Counted from the stretch's first letter, positions 49,476 through 60,040 are shown. The stretch is DNA of 64,000 nucleotides from Anaeromyxobacter sp. (GCA_049840735.1 JASGJN010000013.1:288001-352000), one strand, 5' to 3'. Program-made: numbers and translations. Notes: a model not told the origin generated them from the sequence alone.

Positions 49476-50672
49476 TCAGCGCGCCAGCCAGGCCCGCAGC
49501 TGCGCGTACACCGCCGGATTGTCGAGCAGGTCGAAGTGCCCCCGCCCGCGCGCGATGAACCGCCGGCCGGGCGGGATGCCCAGCGCCCGGCCCGGCTCGG
49601 CGTGGTCCCCCAGGGCGCTGGCCAGCGGCACCAGCCCGTCGCCCAGGCCGTCGCGCAGCCCCGGAGCGCGCGCCAGCGTGGCGGCCACGGCGAAGGCGCG
49701 CACGCCGGCCGGCAGCGGCACCGGCGTGGGCCGCCTGCCCCTCCGCCCGAAGCGATCGCGCCCGCGCCAGTCGGCCTCCACCAGGCTGCCGTGGCGGAGG
49801 TCGGTCACCCCGGCGCTCCGGATCCGCCCCAGCCGGCCGATGGGGGCCGCGTAAGGGCTCTGCCCCAGCAGCAGGTCCAGCCAGTGGCCGCCGCGCTCCA
49901 GCGGCGAGCCGTGGTGCGGCGTGCCCAGGAAGACCAGCTCGCGCGCCCGCCCGGGCCAGGCGTGCCCCGCGGCCTCGCCGGCGTGCAGCGCGCTGCGCGT
50001 GACCAGCCCGCCCATGCTGTGGGCCAGGAAGGACAGCTCCGCCGCCGGCGCCGGCCAGGCCGCCACCAGCCGCTCCAGCAGCGCCGCGAGCGCGCGGCCG
50101 TTGTCCGAGACGTGCCGCCCGGTGTTGTAGCGGACGTAGACCGCGGCCACCCCGAGCTCGGCCGCCAGCGCCGCGCCGTGATCGTGGCCGCGCCTGCGCC
50201 AGCGCAGGTCGTCCTGGCAGGCGCCGTGGACCAGCACCAGCACCCGCCGCGGCGCGGCCGGGAAGGCGCGGGCCAGCGCCGCCTGCTCCAGCGAGAGGGG
50301 CTCCCCGGCGCTGCACAGCGCCATCTCGAGCGCCAGCGGGTTTCCGCTCGCCGCCAGGTGATCGCCCACCACGCCGTTGAGCGCCGCCACCACCGCCTGC
50401 CGGCGCGCGGAGCGACGCCGGGGCTCGGGCGGGGCCAGCCGCGCCGCCAGCTCCACGCCCGCGCCGGCGGTGCGCGTGACGCCTCGGATGGAGCGGTAGA
50501 CCAGCCCGGTGATGCCGCCCGGCGCGCCGGCCGGCGCCGGCCCCAGCGGCGGCGCCAGGCGGCGCACGGCGTGGTGCATGGCCTCCACCACCGCGGTGAC
50601 CCCCAGCGTCGCGTCGAAGGCCAGCCGGGCCCAGCCATGCAGGTCGGCCAGATCGGTTCGGGCAGCGCGCAT
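49476..50672 (-). CDS. Alpha/beta hydrolase (PGAP1/lipase-like)
   Basis: Nucleophile motif 'AHSMGG', plus 'LGTPHHGSPLE', 'GDGLVP..SALG' and 'GHFDLL'. Confidence 0.85.
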   Translation of the reverse strand: MRAARTDLADLHGWARLAFDATLGVTAVVEAMHHAVRRLAPPLGPAPAGAPGGITGLVYRSIRGVTRTAGAGVELAARLAPPEPRRRSARRQAVVAALNGVVGDHLAASGNPLALEMALCSAGEPLSLEQAALARAFPAAPRRVLVLVHGACQDDLRWRRRGHDHGAALAAELGVAAVYVRYNTGRHVSDNGRALAALLERLVAAWPAPAAELSFLAHSMGGLVTRSALHAGEAAGHAWPGRARELVFLGTPHHGSPLERGGHWLDLLLGQSPYAAPIGRLGRIRSAGVTDLRHGSLVEADWRGRDRFGRRGRRPTPVPLPAGVRAFAVAATLARAPGLRDGLGDGLVPLASALGDHAEPGRALGIPPGRRFIARGRGHFDLLDNPAVYAQLRAWLAR

Positions 50673-50707
50673 GACCGGACCCATACCGCGGCCTGCGGGG
50701 GAAGACC

Positions 50708-50911
50708 TCAGCCCAGCCGGTACGCCTCGCGGATCCCCGCCTCCCAGGCCTCGGCCTGGGTGGGGTAGGTCCCCTCGGTGTGGCGCTGGCCATCGATGGC
50801 GAGCGTCCAGCGCCAGTCCTCGCCCAGCGTGAGCGTCAGGGTGTGCTTCCCTGCCTCGAAGGTGATGGGGAGCCGCTCGACCGCTGCCGGGGGGAGGCGT
50901 GACTGGGACAT
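50708..50911 (-). CDS. Small hypothetical protein (67 aa)
   Basis: TACACT 6 nt before ATG, plausible codon bias, 'TYPTQAEAWEAGIREA'. Confidence 0.65.
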   Translation of the reverse strand: MSQSRLPPAAVERLPITFEAGKHTLTLTLGEDWRWTLAIDGQRHTEGTYPTQAEAWEAGIREAYRLG

Positions 50912-51002
50912 GCCGGGAGTGTACCCGGTTTCACGCGGGCCGGTCGCCGCCGGGACCCGGCGGTGTCAGGGGCAGGAGGTATCCAGATGTTCAGGACCGA
51001 CC

Positions 51003-53751
51003 ATGCCCGCCGAACCCGCCCGCCGCAGCAGCCCGCTGTCCGAGCGCCTCACCCCCGAGGCGGTGGAGCGCGCCTTCCCTTCGGCGGCGCTGGCGCAGGC
51101 GCGGCTGGTCATCGACGAGGGGCGCCTCTCGCGGCCGGACCTGCGCGGGCAGAAGGTGGAGTCCATCGTGGTGGGGGACGACCGCATCGCCCGGCGCGTC
51201 CAGCTGGCCTGGGGCGAGCGCGGCCTGGAGTCGGCCTGCACCTGCGGCCACCGCCAGTGCCCCCACGGCGCGGCCCTGGCGCTGCTGGTGGCCGACGAGG
51301 CGCCGCTGCCCGGCGCGCCCTCGGCGCCGCCGGCCCCCTCGCCGCGCGAGCAGGAGCGCCGGCGCCGCGAGGCGCGGGGCAAGACCGAGATCTTCGTCAT
51401 CTCGCGCCTGGGCGCCACGCGGCTGCTGGGCGAGTACGAGGTCGCCTCGCCCTCCTCGCAGGCCTACCGGGTCACGCTCCGCTCGCTGGACGACCCGCAC
51501 AACGGCTGCTCCTGCCCGGACTTCGCCACCAACCTGCTCGGCACCTGCAAGCACGTCGAGGCGGTGCTGCACCACCTCCGGCGCGACGCGCCCCGCCGGC
51601 TGCAGCGCGCGCTGTTCGACGCCGGGGAGCCCTACCTGCACCTGGTGTTCGAGCCGGAGGAGACCGTCGCGCTCCACCACGCGCCCGGCACGGCGGCCCG
51701 CTTCGCGGCGCGCCACTTCGGCCCGGACGGACGGCTGCGCCTGCCCCTGGCGCAGGTCTGGCCGGAGCTGTCGCGCGACGCGGTGGAGGCCGGCGTGGCC
51801 ATCCCGCCGGAGGTGACCCGCGTCGCCGAGCGGGCCCTGGAGGCGGAGCGGCGCGAGAAGCGGCGGCGCCAGGTGGAGGAGGAGGTCCGCGCCGCCGGGC
51901 GGGAGCCGCCGGGCCTGCGGCTGCCGCTCTACCCGTACCAGGTGGAGGGCGTGGCCTTCCTGGCCGCCCGCGGGCGGGCCCTGCTGGCGGACGAGATGGG
52001 GCTGGGCAAGACCGCCCAGGCCATCGGCGCGCTGGAGGCGCTGGCGCGGCGCGGGGAGGTCCGGCGCACCCTGGTGGTCTGCCCCACCTCGCTCAAGCAC
52101 CAGTGGCTGCGCGAGCTGCAGCAGTTCAGCGGGATGGCGGCGGACGAGGTGGCGGTGATTCCCGGCTCGCGCGAGGAGCGGCGGGCGCGCTACGCCGACC
52201 CGCCGCGCGTGCTGATCACAAGCTACGAGCTGGCGCGCGCCGACGAGCGCGAGCTGCTCGACCTGGCGCCGGACCTGCTCATCCTGGACGAGGCCCAGCG
52301 CATCAAGAACTGGCGCACCCGCACCGCCACGGTGGTGAAGCGCATCCCCAGCCGCTTCGCCTTCGTGCTCACCGGCACGCCGCTGGAGAACCGGCTGGAC
52401 GACCTCTACAGCCTGATGCAGGTGGTGGACCCGCACCTGTTCGGCCCGCTCTGGCGCTTCAACCAGGAGTTCACCGACCTGGACGAGGCCGGCAAGCCCA
52501 CCGGTTACCGCAACCTGGACCGGCTGCGCGCCCGCATCGCCCCGGCCGTGCTGCGGCGGCGCAAGGAGGAGGTGCTGGCCGACCTGCCCGAGCGCCTGGT
52601 CTCCCGCCGGGTGGTGCCGCTCACGCCGGAGCAGCGCGAGCTGCACGACGAGGCGGAGGCCTCCGCCGGGCGGCTGCTGGCGCAGCTCAAGAAGCGGGCG
52701 CTCACGCCTCCGGAGGAGCAGCGGCTCATGCGCGCGTTCCAGCGGATGCGCATGGCCTGCGACGCCGCCGCGCTGGTCCGGGAGGACGCGCCGCCGGGCG
52801 CGCCCAAGCTGGACGAGCTGGAGCGGCTCCTGGAGGAGATCTGCCTCGAGGAGGGGCGGAAGGTCGTGGTCTTCAGCGAGTGGGAGAAGATGCAGGGGCT
52901 GGCGGCCGAGGTCTGCGATTGGCTGGGCGTCCCCTACGTCCGGCTGCACGGCGGCGTGCCCGGCGCCCAGCGCGGCGCCCTGGTGGACCGCTTCCGCGAG
53001 GACCCGGCCTGCAAGGTCTTCCTCTCCACCGACGCCGGCGGCGTGGGGCTGAACCTCCAGGCCGCCAGCCACGTGGTCAACCTCGACCTCCCCTGGAACC
53101 CGGCCGTGCTGGCCCAGCGCATCGGCCGCGTCCACCGGCTGGGGCAGCGGCAGCCGGTCAACGTGGTGCTGCTGGTCTCGGAGGGGAGCTTCGAGGAGCG
53201 CCTGGAGGGCGGGCTCGACTCCAAGCGGGCGCTGTTCGCCGCGGCGGTCGGGGACGACGCCGACACCACCGCGCTGGAGCGCACCTCGCTGGCGCGCCGG
53301 ATCGCCGCCGCGCTGGAGGGGGCCGGCGCGCCTGGGCCCGCCCCGGCCGCGGCGCCGGAGCCCGAGCCGGAGGAGGACGCCGCGCGCGCCGCGCGGCGGG
53401 CGCTGGTGACTGTGGCCGAGCGCAAGCGGGCCGGCGGCGACGCGCTGCTGGCGGCCGGGCAGCCCGCGGACGCCCTGGCGCTCTTCCGCGACGCCATCGC
53501 CCGCGCGCTGCGCGCGCTCGAATCCGCGCGGCGATCCGGGCGAGGGGGCGGCGGCGCTGCTGGCGGCGCTGCACGGCCACCTGCTGCCCGAGGGGATCCT
53601 GGCCGAGGCCGACGCCGGCGCCTATGCGCGCGCCGCCGAGGCCGCCCGCGCCTTCGAGGCGGCGCCGCTCTCGCCCCCGCCGGCGCTGGTGCAGGTGGTG
53701 GCGGGCGACGCCCACCGCCTGGTGGCCCGGGCCCGCGCCGGTGCCACCTGA
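51003..53751 (+). CDS. SWIM zinc-finger SNF2-family helicase (frameshift near 53521)
   Basis: Two SWIM motifs, 'CTC...CPH' and 'CSCPDF....TCKH'. Helicase motifs 'ADEMGLGKT', 'DEAQRIKN', 'TGTPLEN' and 'QRIGRVHRLGQ'. Confidence 0.92.
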
Positions 53752-53769
53752 GCACCATGGGCGGGCGGC

Positions 53770-54772
53770 TCAGCCCATCCACTCCGGGTTCTGCGAGGTG
53801 GCGTCGTAGCGATCGGTGGTCTTGTACCGCTCGTCCGCCCCGGTCTCGCCCGGCGGGCGGGAGGCCTCGAGCAGCCGCTCCACGTCGCCCAGGGCGAGCG
53901 GCTGGAACCCCCTGGCCACCCGGAGCGCCTGCTCGACCCGCTCGACGCTCTCGCACCCGGTCACGGTGACGCTGACCGGCAGGCTCATGGCGTACCGGAG
54001 GCAGTCCCCGGCCCCGACGATGGCGCGCTGCGGGATGCGGCCGTCGGCGAGCGGCTTCATGCCGATGACCCCCACCCGCTCCTCGACCAGCCGCGGCAGC
54101 ACGCGCTTCTCGAACGAGTCGTAGTGGGCGTCGAGCACGTTGAGCGGCAGCTGCACGGCGTCCCAGGTGAACCCGTGCTCGGCGGCGGCGTCCAGCATGG
54201 CCAGGTGGAAGGTGGGGGACTTGTGCCCGGTGAAGCCGAGGAACCGGACCTTGCCGGCCTCCCGGGCGGCCAGCAGCGCCTCGATGGCCCCGCCCGGCTC
54301 GAAGGTGCGGATCGGGTCCGAGGCGCGGATCACCTCGTGCAGCTGCAGCAGGTCCACCTGCTCCACGCCCAGGTGGGCGAGCGACTCGTCGAATCTGCCG
54401 GGCGGCCGCCCCCCGCGAGCGCCCGTCGATCTTCGTCATGAGGAAGACCCGCGCGCGATAGCCGTCGCGCAGCGCCAGCCCCATGCGCCGCTCCGACTCG
54501 CCGGCGTGGTAGTCCCAGCAGTTGTCCAGGAAGGTGATCCCGCCGTCCACCGCGGTCCGGACGATGCGCACGCTCTCGTCCACCGAGTCCGGCACGCCCA
54601 TGTGATACCCGCCGAGCCCCACGATGGAGACGGCCGCCCCGGTCCTCCCGAGGCGCCGCCGCGGGATGGCCTGGGGATCCACCGGGCCCGCGCCACCCCC
54701 GCCGCTCCCGCAGCCCATGGCGGGAAGGACGGTGAGCGCCAGGGCCGCCTTCAGGAAGTCGCGCCGGTTCAT
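53770..54772 (-). CDS. Aldo/keto reductase with twin-arginine (lipo)protein signal (frameshift near 54393)
   Basis: 'MNRRDFLK...PAMGC', 'VGLGGYH', 'FLDNCWDY', 'FLMTKID' and 'GKVRFLGFTGH'. Confidence 0.9.
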
Positions 54773-54875
54773 GCGCACAAGGTGCCCCCTGCGCCCCGCG
54801 CCGCCCACCCCGGCGCCTGTCCGCTAAAACGGATGTTATGGACGCTCCTCCGCCATCTCGGCTACAAGCCGGGAC

Positions 54876-55928
54876 ATGACCACCGCCCCCCAGCGCCACT
54901 TCGCGAGCGACAACTACGCCGGCCTCTGCCCCGAGGCGCTGGCGGCCATGGTGGAGGCCAACGTCGGCCACGCGCCGGGCTACGGCGACGACCGCTGGAC
55001 CGCCGAGGCCGCCGACCTGATCCGCGAGACCTTCCAGGCGCCGCAGGCCGAGGTCTTCTTCGCCTTCAACGGCACCGCGGCCAACTCCCTGGCGCTCGCC
55101 TCGCTGTGCCAGTCCTACCACTCGATCCTCTGCCACGAGACCGCGCACGTGGAGACCGACGAGTGCGGCGCCCCCGAGTTCTTCTCCAACGGCACCAAGG
55201 TGCTGACCGTGGGCGGCCCGCACGGCAAGGTGGACCCGGCCGCCATCGACTTCATGGTGGGCCGCCGCTCGGACATCCACTACCCGAAGCCGCGCGTGGT
55301 GTCGGTCACCCAGCCCTCCGAGCTGGGCACGCTCTACACGCCGGCCGAGCTGGCCGCCGTGGGCGCCCGCGCCCGCGCCCACGGGCTGCGGATGCACATG
55401 GACGGCGCCCGCTTCGCCAACGCCGCGGCCGCGCTGGGCGTCGCGCCCGCCGAGCTGACCTGGAAGGTGGGCGTGGACGTGCTCTGCCTGGGCGGCACCA
55501 AGAACGGCATGGCGGTGGGGGAGGCCATCGTCTTCTTCGACCGCGCCCTGGCCGACGAGTTCGAGTACCGCTGCAAGCAGGCCGGCCAGCTGGCCTCGAA
55601 GATGCGCTTCCTGGCCGCCCCCTGGGTCGGCATGCTGCGCGGCGGCGCCTGGCTGCGCCACGCCGGCCACGCCAACGCCATGGCCGCCCGGCTGGCCGCA
55701 GCGCTCTCCGGCCAGCCCGGCGTGGAGGTGCTCCACCCCGTGCAGGCCAACGCCGTCTTCGTCCGCATCCCGCCCGCCGCCGCCACCGCGCTGCGCGCCG
55801 GCGGCTGGCGCTTCTACGACTTCATCGGCGCCGGCGGCGCCCGCTTCATGTGCGCCTGGGACACGCAGCCGGAGGACGTCGACCGCTTCGCCGCGGACGT
55901 GAGCGCGGCCGCGAAGCGGGCCGGCTGA
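54876..55928 (+). CDS. ltaE: Low-specificity L-threonine aldolase
   Basis: 'FASDNYAG', 'YGDD', 'NGTAAN', 'HMDGARFANA' and the PLP lysine in 'GGTKNG'. Confidence 0.92.
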   Translation: MTTAPQRHFASDNYAGLCPEALAAMVEANVGHAPGYGDDRWTAEAADLIRETFQAPQAEVFFAFNGTAANSLALASLCQSYHSILCHETAHVETDECGAPEFFSNGTKVLTVGGPHGKVDPAAIDFMVGRRSDIHYPKPRVVSVTQPSELGTLYTPAELAAVGARARAHGLRMHMDGARFANAAAALGVAPAELTWKVGVDVLCLGGTKNGMAVGEAIVFFDRALADEFEYRCKQAGQLASKMRFLAAPWVGMLRGGAWLRHAGHANAMAARLAAALSGQPGVEVLHPVQANAVFVRIPPAAATALRAGGWRFYDFIGAGGARFMCAWDTQPEDVDRFAADVSAAAKRAG

Positions 55929-55931
55929 GCC

Positions 55932-56396
55932 CTACTGCGGCGCCGGCCCCGGCTGCGCGCTGTCGTCCACCACCACCCGCCCGGTCGGCGTGCTCATCGA
56001 CCCGTGATGTGTGCGGCAGTAATACGGCACGCTCGTCTCCAGGGGCGCATCGCCCGGCAGCGTGAAGGTCCGGCTCCCGGCAGCGAACTCGCCGGTGTCG
56101 AAGGAGACGCCGTCCACCCCGCCGGGCGAGTAGTCCTCCGGCGCGTCCTCGCTGGTCACCGAGTGGGGCATGGTGTCCCGGTTCAGGACGGTGACCGTCC
56201 CGCCGGGCGGCACGTGCAGCTCCAGCGGCGAGTAGGCCATGTTGCTGATGGTGATGTAGAAGCCGTCCGGCAACCCGGTCGGGCCGGTGGGGCCCGTGGG
56301 GCTGCCGCCCCCGTAACCGCCCGAACCGCCGCACGCCCCCAGGCCCAGGGCCGCCAGGCCCGCCACCACCGCTGCCCTCCAGCGCATCCGCGACAT
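55932..56396 (-). CDS. Cupredoxin (plastocyanin-like) lipoprotein
   Basis: Lipobox 'GLGAC', 'AYSP..L.V..G.TV', and type-1 copper ligands in 'PHSV' and 'YYCRTHHGSM'. Confidence 0.85.
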   Translation of the reverse strand: MSRMRWRAAVVAGLAALGLGACGGSGGYGGGSPTGPTGPTGLPDGFYITISNMAYSPLELHVPPGGTVTVLNRDTMPHSVTSEDAPEDYSPGGVDGVSFDTGEFAAGSRTFTLPGDAPLETSVPYYCRTHHGSMSTPTGRVVVDDSAQPGPAPQ

Positions 56397-56419
56397 CGCA
56401 CACCTCCTGGTTTCCACCC

Positions 56420-57796
56420 TCACCGCCCCGACACGTACCCCGGCGCCGACGTGTCCCCTCCTCCGTCGCCGCCCCGCCCCAGCTGCCCCCACGCGCCGTC
56501 GCCCCAGCACATCACCCCGCCGCTCGCGAGCAGCGCGCAGGTGTGCGCGTAGCCGGCCGTGACCGCCTGCACCGCCGGCAGGTCCACCGTCACCGCCCCG
56601 CGCGCGGTGGCCGGCACGCCCAGCTGGCCGCTGCCGTTGCCGCCGAAGCAGCGCAGCGCGCCGCCCCCCGCGGCGCAGCTGTGCGCGCCGCCGGTCGCGA
56701 CCTGCGCCGGGGCCACGCCGGCAAGGTCCACCGCCGCCGGGGTGCGGACCACGCCCGGCGTGGGGTCGCCGCCGGCCGACTGGCCGGAGTCGTTGCCGCC
56801 CCAGCAGAGCAGCGCCCCGTCGGCCACGGCGCAGGAGTGGACCGCCCCGCCCGCCACCTGCGCGGCGCCGGAGCCGATGGGCCGCTGCGGCGTGTTCCGG
56901 TTCTGGGTGTTGCCGTCGCCCAGCTGGCTGGAGCCGTCCGCCCCCCAGCACCAGGCCTGCCCCGCCACCACCGCGCAGGTGTGCCGGTCGCCGGTCGCGA
57001 TGGCGGTGGCGCCGCTGCCCAGGCCGGACGGCGCCACCGGCGCGAGCCGCTGGGTGAAGCTGCCGTCGCCCAGCTGGCCGGACTCGTTGCCGCCCCAGCA
57101 GCGGACCAGCCCGCCGGCCAGCGCGCAGGTGTGGCCGTAGTAGGTGGAGACCTGCCCTGCGTTCTCGCCGCCGCCGGCCGCCAGCGCGGTCACCCCGGCC
57201 AGGCCGGGCACCTTCACCGGCGCGGTCCGCCCGGTGGTGGTCCCGTCGCCCAGCGCGCCGGTGGAGTTGTCACCCCAGCACCAGGCCTCCCCGGCCACCG
57301 CCGCGCAGGTGTGGACGTAGCCGGCGGCGAGCGCGGTGGCCGGGCCGGGCAGGGCCACGTCCACCGGGGCGTCGCGCTGGTCGGTGGTGCCGTCGCCCAG
57401 CTGGCCGCGCCGGTTGTCGCCCCAGCAGTGCACGGCGCCGTCCGCGGTGATGGCGCAGGTGTGGGCCCAGCCGGCCGCCACGGCGATGGCCGCCTGGCAG
57501 CTGTCCCCGCTGCGCAGCGTGCCGGGGGCGCAGGCGAAGGTGCACGCGTGCGCCTCGCACACCGCCTCGGCGCCGGCCGGCAGCGCGCGCCCGGTGCAGT
57601 CGGCGCAGCCGTTGCCGCAGTGGGTGGGGTCCTCGTCGAAGCAGGCGCCGCCGCAGATCACCTGCACCGCGCTGCAGGAGGGGGCGATGTCGGCGGGATC
57701 CGCCTGGCCGTCCACCAGCGTGCCGCTGCAGGCGGCCGCGCCGGCGGCGAGGAGCGCCACGGCGGCCAGCGCGAGGAGGGAGCGGTGCCGGGCCAT
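56420..57796 (-). CDS. RCC1-repeat lipoprotein with a Cys-rich N-terminal module
   Basis: Lipobox 'AAAC', 'DPTHCG.GC..C', and about seven 'AG..HTCA....G...CWG.N..GQLG' repeats. Confidence 0.92.
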   Translation of the reverse strand: MARHRSLLALAAVALLAAGAAACSGTLVDGQADPADIAPSCSAVQVICGGACFDEDPTHCGNGCADCTGRALPAGAEAVCEAHACTFACAPGTLRSGDSCQAAIAVAAGWAHTCAITADGAVHCWGDNRRGQLGDGTTDQRDAPVDVALPGPATALAAGYVHTCAAVAGEAWCWGDNSTGALGDGTTTGRTAPVKVPGLAGVTALAAGGGENAGQVSTYYGHTCALAGGLVRCWGGNESGQLGDGSFTQRLAPVAPSGLGSGATAIATGDRHTCAVVAGQAWCWGADGSSQLGDGNTQNRNTPQRPIGSGAAQVAGGAVHSCAVADGALLCWGGNDSGQSAGGDPTPGVVRTPAAVDLAGVAPAQVATGGAHSCAAGGGALRCFGGNGSGQLGVPATARGAVTVDLPAVQAVTAGYAHTCALLASGGVMCWGDGAWGQLGRGGDGGGDTSAPGYVSGR

Positions 57797-57797
57797 C

Positions 57798-59321
57798 TCA
57801 GAACCCCCACAGCGCCAGCACCGCGGCCGAGAAGGCCGGCTTCACGGTGAGCGCGTCGTCGAGCCGGAAGGCCTGCACCCCGGCGTTCACGTCCAGCCCC
57901 AGCCGCAGCGGCCCCACCGGCGCGGTGACCATCACCGCGCCGCCGGCGCCCAGCACGCTCGCGCCGAACCCCTTGCCGCTGACGTCGAGCTGCTGGGTGG
58001 CGTAGCCGTAGGAGATCTCCGGCCCGGCCTCGATCAGCACCCGCGCCGTGTTGACCGGCACCAGCGCCGCCAGGCCGCCGCCCACGTAGGACAGGCTGTA
58101 GGGGCCCAGCACCGGGTCGGTGGTGCTCTTGCCCATCCAGTCCAGCCTGAGCCGAAGGCCCACCGGCCCCAGCTCCTTGCGCAGCCCGATGCGCGCCACC
58201 GGCGCCGCGCCGAAGCCGGGCAGGCCGAAGGTGCCCGCCCCGCCGCCGGCGAAGATCAGGCCGGGGCGCGGCCCGCCCTTGGCGCGGGCCAGCTCGTAGC
58301 GGGTGGGGGCCAGCGCCGGGATGGGCAGGTCGGCGCCGCGCTCCAGCCGGACCTCGGCGGTGGCCCGCCCCTCCGGCGCGCGCCGCTCGACGCGCCAGAC
58401 GCCGGCCGGCAGCGCCAGCACCACCGGCCGCTCGCCGGCCGAGACCTCGATGAGCGCCTTCTGCGGCCCGCGCAGCACGTAGCTGACGCCCGGGTCGCGG
58501 GGCACGGTCAGGCGGGCCTCGGCCCGGCGCAGGTCGGAGAGGATCACGTCGCCGCGCCCGGACATGCGGAAGTCGTAGGTGGCGTGCTGCGCGCCGCCTT
58601 TCGTGGAGAGCGTGCCGGCCAGCGTCTGGGCGGCGGTGTAGCGGAAGGCCTCGCCCAGCGTCACCTGCCCGTCGCCGTCGGCGTCGGCGGCGCCGCGCAG
58701 CCCCGCCTCCAGGTGGTGGGTGAAGAACGAGCCGCCGATGGCGGCCGACTCCTGCGCCGGCTCGCCCACCGCCGTGGAGGCCACGAAGGCCGTGCCCCGC
58801 ACCTGGTCGTCGGCGGGGATGGCGAAGTCCAGCGCCGGCGCCGGGCTGGCCCCCTTCACCTGCGTGAGCAGGCCGGCCTCGCAGGCGTCCACCACGCCGA
58901 TGCGCGCCTCGGCCGAGGAGCCGTTCACCAGCCGGCGCAGCTCGTCGAAGGGCAGCCGCTCGTCGCCCAGCTCGATGCCGCCCGCGTCGGCGTGGCCGGA
59001 GAAGTAGACCACCAGCAGCGGGTGGGCCGACTGCCGCCGGGCCTCGGCCACGGCCGCCTCGGTGTCGGCCAGCGCCTGGCGCAGCTGGGCCAGCGTGGGC
59101 GCGCGCAGCACCTTGACGCGCGCGGGGGCGAAGTCACCCAGCTCCACCAGCGCCCGGCCGAACCGGTCGGCGTCGCTCTCGGCGAACCAGAGCCGGGCCC
59201 GCCCGGCGGCGCCCCCGTTCGCCCCCACCACCACCGCGAACCGCGCCGGCGGCGCGGCCGCCCGGGCCGGCCCGGCGGCCAGCGCGCAGAGGACCAGCAG
59301 CGCCGCCGCGCGCCCGGTCAC
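57798..59321 (-). CDS. Exported caspase-like protease (C14) with a predicted C-terminal outer-membrane beta-barrel
   Basis: Signal peptide ending 'PARA', 'RFAVVVGAN', catalytic dyad in 'YFSGHAD' and 'VDACEAG', EF-hand-like 'DADGDGQVT', and amphipathic strands ending 'LWGF'. Confidence 0.85.
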   Translation of the reverse strand: MTGRAAALLVLCALAAGPARAAAPPARFAVVVGANGGAAGRARLWFAESDADRFGRALVELGDFAPARVKVLRAPTLAQLRQALADTEAAVAEARRQSAHPLLVVYFSGHADAGGIELGDERLPFDELRRLVNGSSAEARIGVVDACEAGLLTQVKGASPAPALDFAIPADDQVRGTAFVASTAVGEPAQESAAIGGSFFTHHLEAGLRGAADADGDGQVTLGEAFRYTAAQTLAGTLSTKGGAQHATYDFRMSGRGDVILSDLRRAEARLTVPRDPGVSYVLRGPQKALIEVSAGERPVVLALPAGVWRVERRAPEGRATAEVRLERGADLPIPALAPTRYELARAKGGPRPGLIFAGGGAGTFGLPGFGAAPVARIGLRKELGPVGLRLRLDWMGKSTTDPVLGPYSLSYVGGGLAALVPVNTARVLIEAGPEISYGYATQQLDVSGKGFGASVLGAGGAVMVTAPVGPLRLGLDVNAGVQAFRLDDALTVKPAFSAAVLALWGF

Positions 59322-60040
59322 GGCCGCTTCTCCACCAGCACCGTGGCCTGCCAGGCCCCGGACGGCAGCCCCTCCAGGCGCCGCGCCTCCCGGACCGCGC
59401 CGGCGCCGGCGCCGGCGCCGCGCGCCGCCTGCGCCACCTCCGGCCAGGGCAGCGGACCGGGCGTGCAGATCGCGAAGAGCCGCTCCGGGCCGGCCTTGCC
59501 GTCCAGCACCACGCCGCCCGGCAGCTCCTGCACCCCGTCCACCTCGCCCCCGCCCTCGCCCGACGCGGGGTAGAGGCGCGAGACCTGGCCGGCGGCGTCG
59601 ATGGAGAGCAGCCACAGCCGGCAGGGCCCCGCGGCCCTGACCCGGAAGCGCAACCCGGCCGCGGCCGGCACCCCCTCGCCGTCCACCACGGCGCGGGCGC
59701 CCTTCGCACCGTCCAGCCACACGCCCAGCGTGAGGTCCCCGCCCTTGAGCCCCACGTAGTCGTCCGGCGGCTGGCGCGGGACCACCAGCACCAGGGCCGC
59801 CGCGGCGGCGGCCGCGGCCAGCGGCGCGAGCAGCCACCAGCGCCGCTGCGGGCGGCGATCCGCGCCGGTGACCGCGTCCACCGTGGCCGGGAAGACCTCG
59901 CGCCGGAAGGTGTCGCCGTCCCGCTCCATCCCGGCCAGGCGCGCCGCGCAGCGCGCGCAGCCCGCCAGGTGGGCCTCGACGGCCGGGTCGGCCTGCAGCA
60001 GGTGGGCCTCGAGGGCCAGCTCGGACGGACAGCGGGTCAC
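59318..60040 (-). CDS. Membrane-bound zinc anti-sigma factor with a DUF4384-like extracytoplasmic domain
   Basis: ZAS motif 'HLAGCARC', one TM 'WWLLAPLAAAAAAAALVLVV', then 'LRFRV', 'LLSIDAAGQVSRLYP' and 'LDGKAGPERLFAI'. Confidence 0.8.
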   Translation of the reverse strand: MTRCPSELALEAHLLQADPAVEAHLAGCARCAARLAGMERDGDTFRREVFPATVDAVTGADRRPQRRWWLLAPLAAAAAAAALVLVVPRQPPDDYVGLKGGDLTLGVWLDGAKGARAVVDGEGVPAAAGLRFRVRAAGPCRLWLLSIDAAGQVSRLYPASGEGGGEVDGVQELPGGVVLDGKAGPERLFAICTPGPLPWPEVAQAARGAGAGAGAVREARRLEGLPSGAWQATVLVEKRP

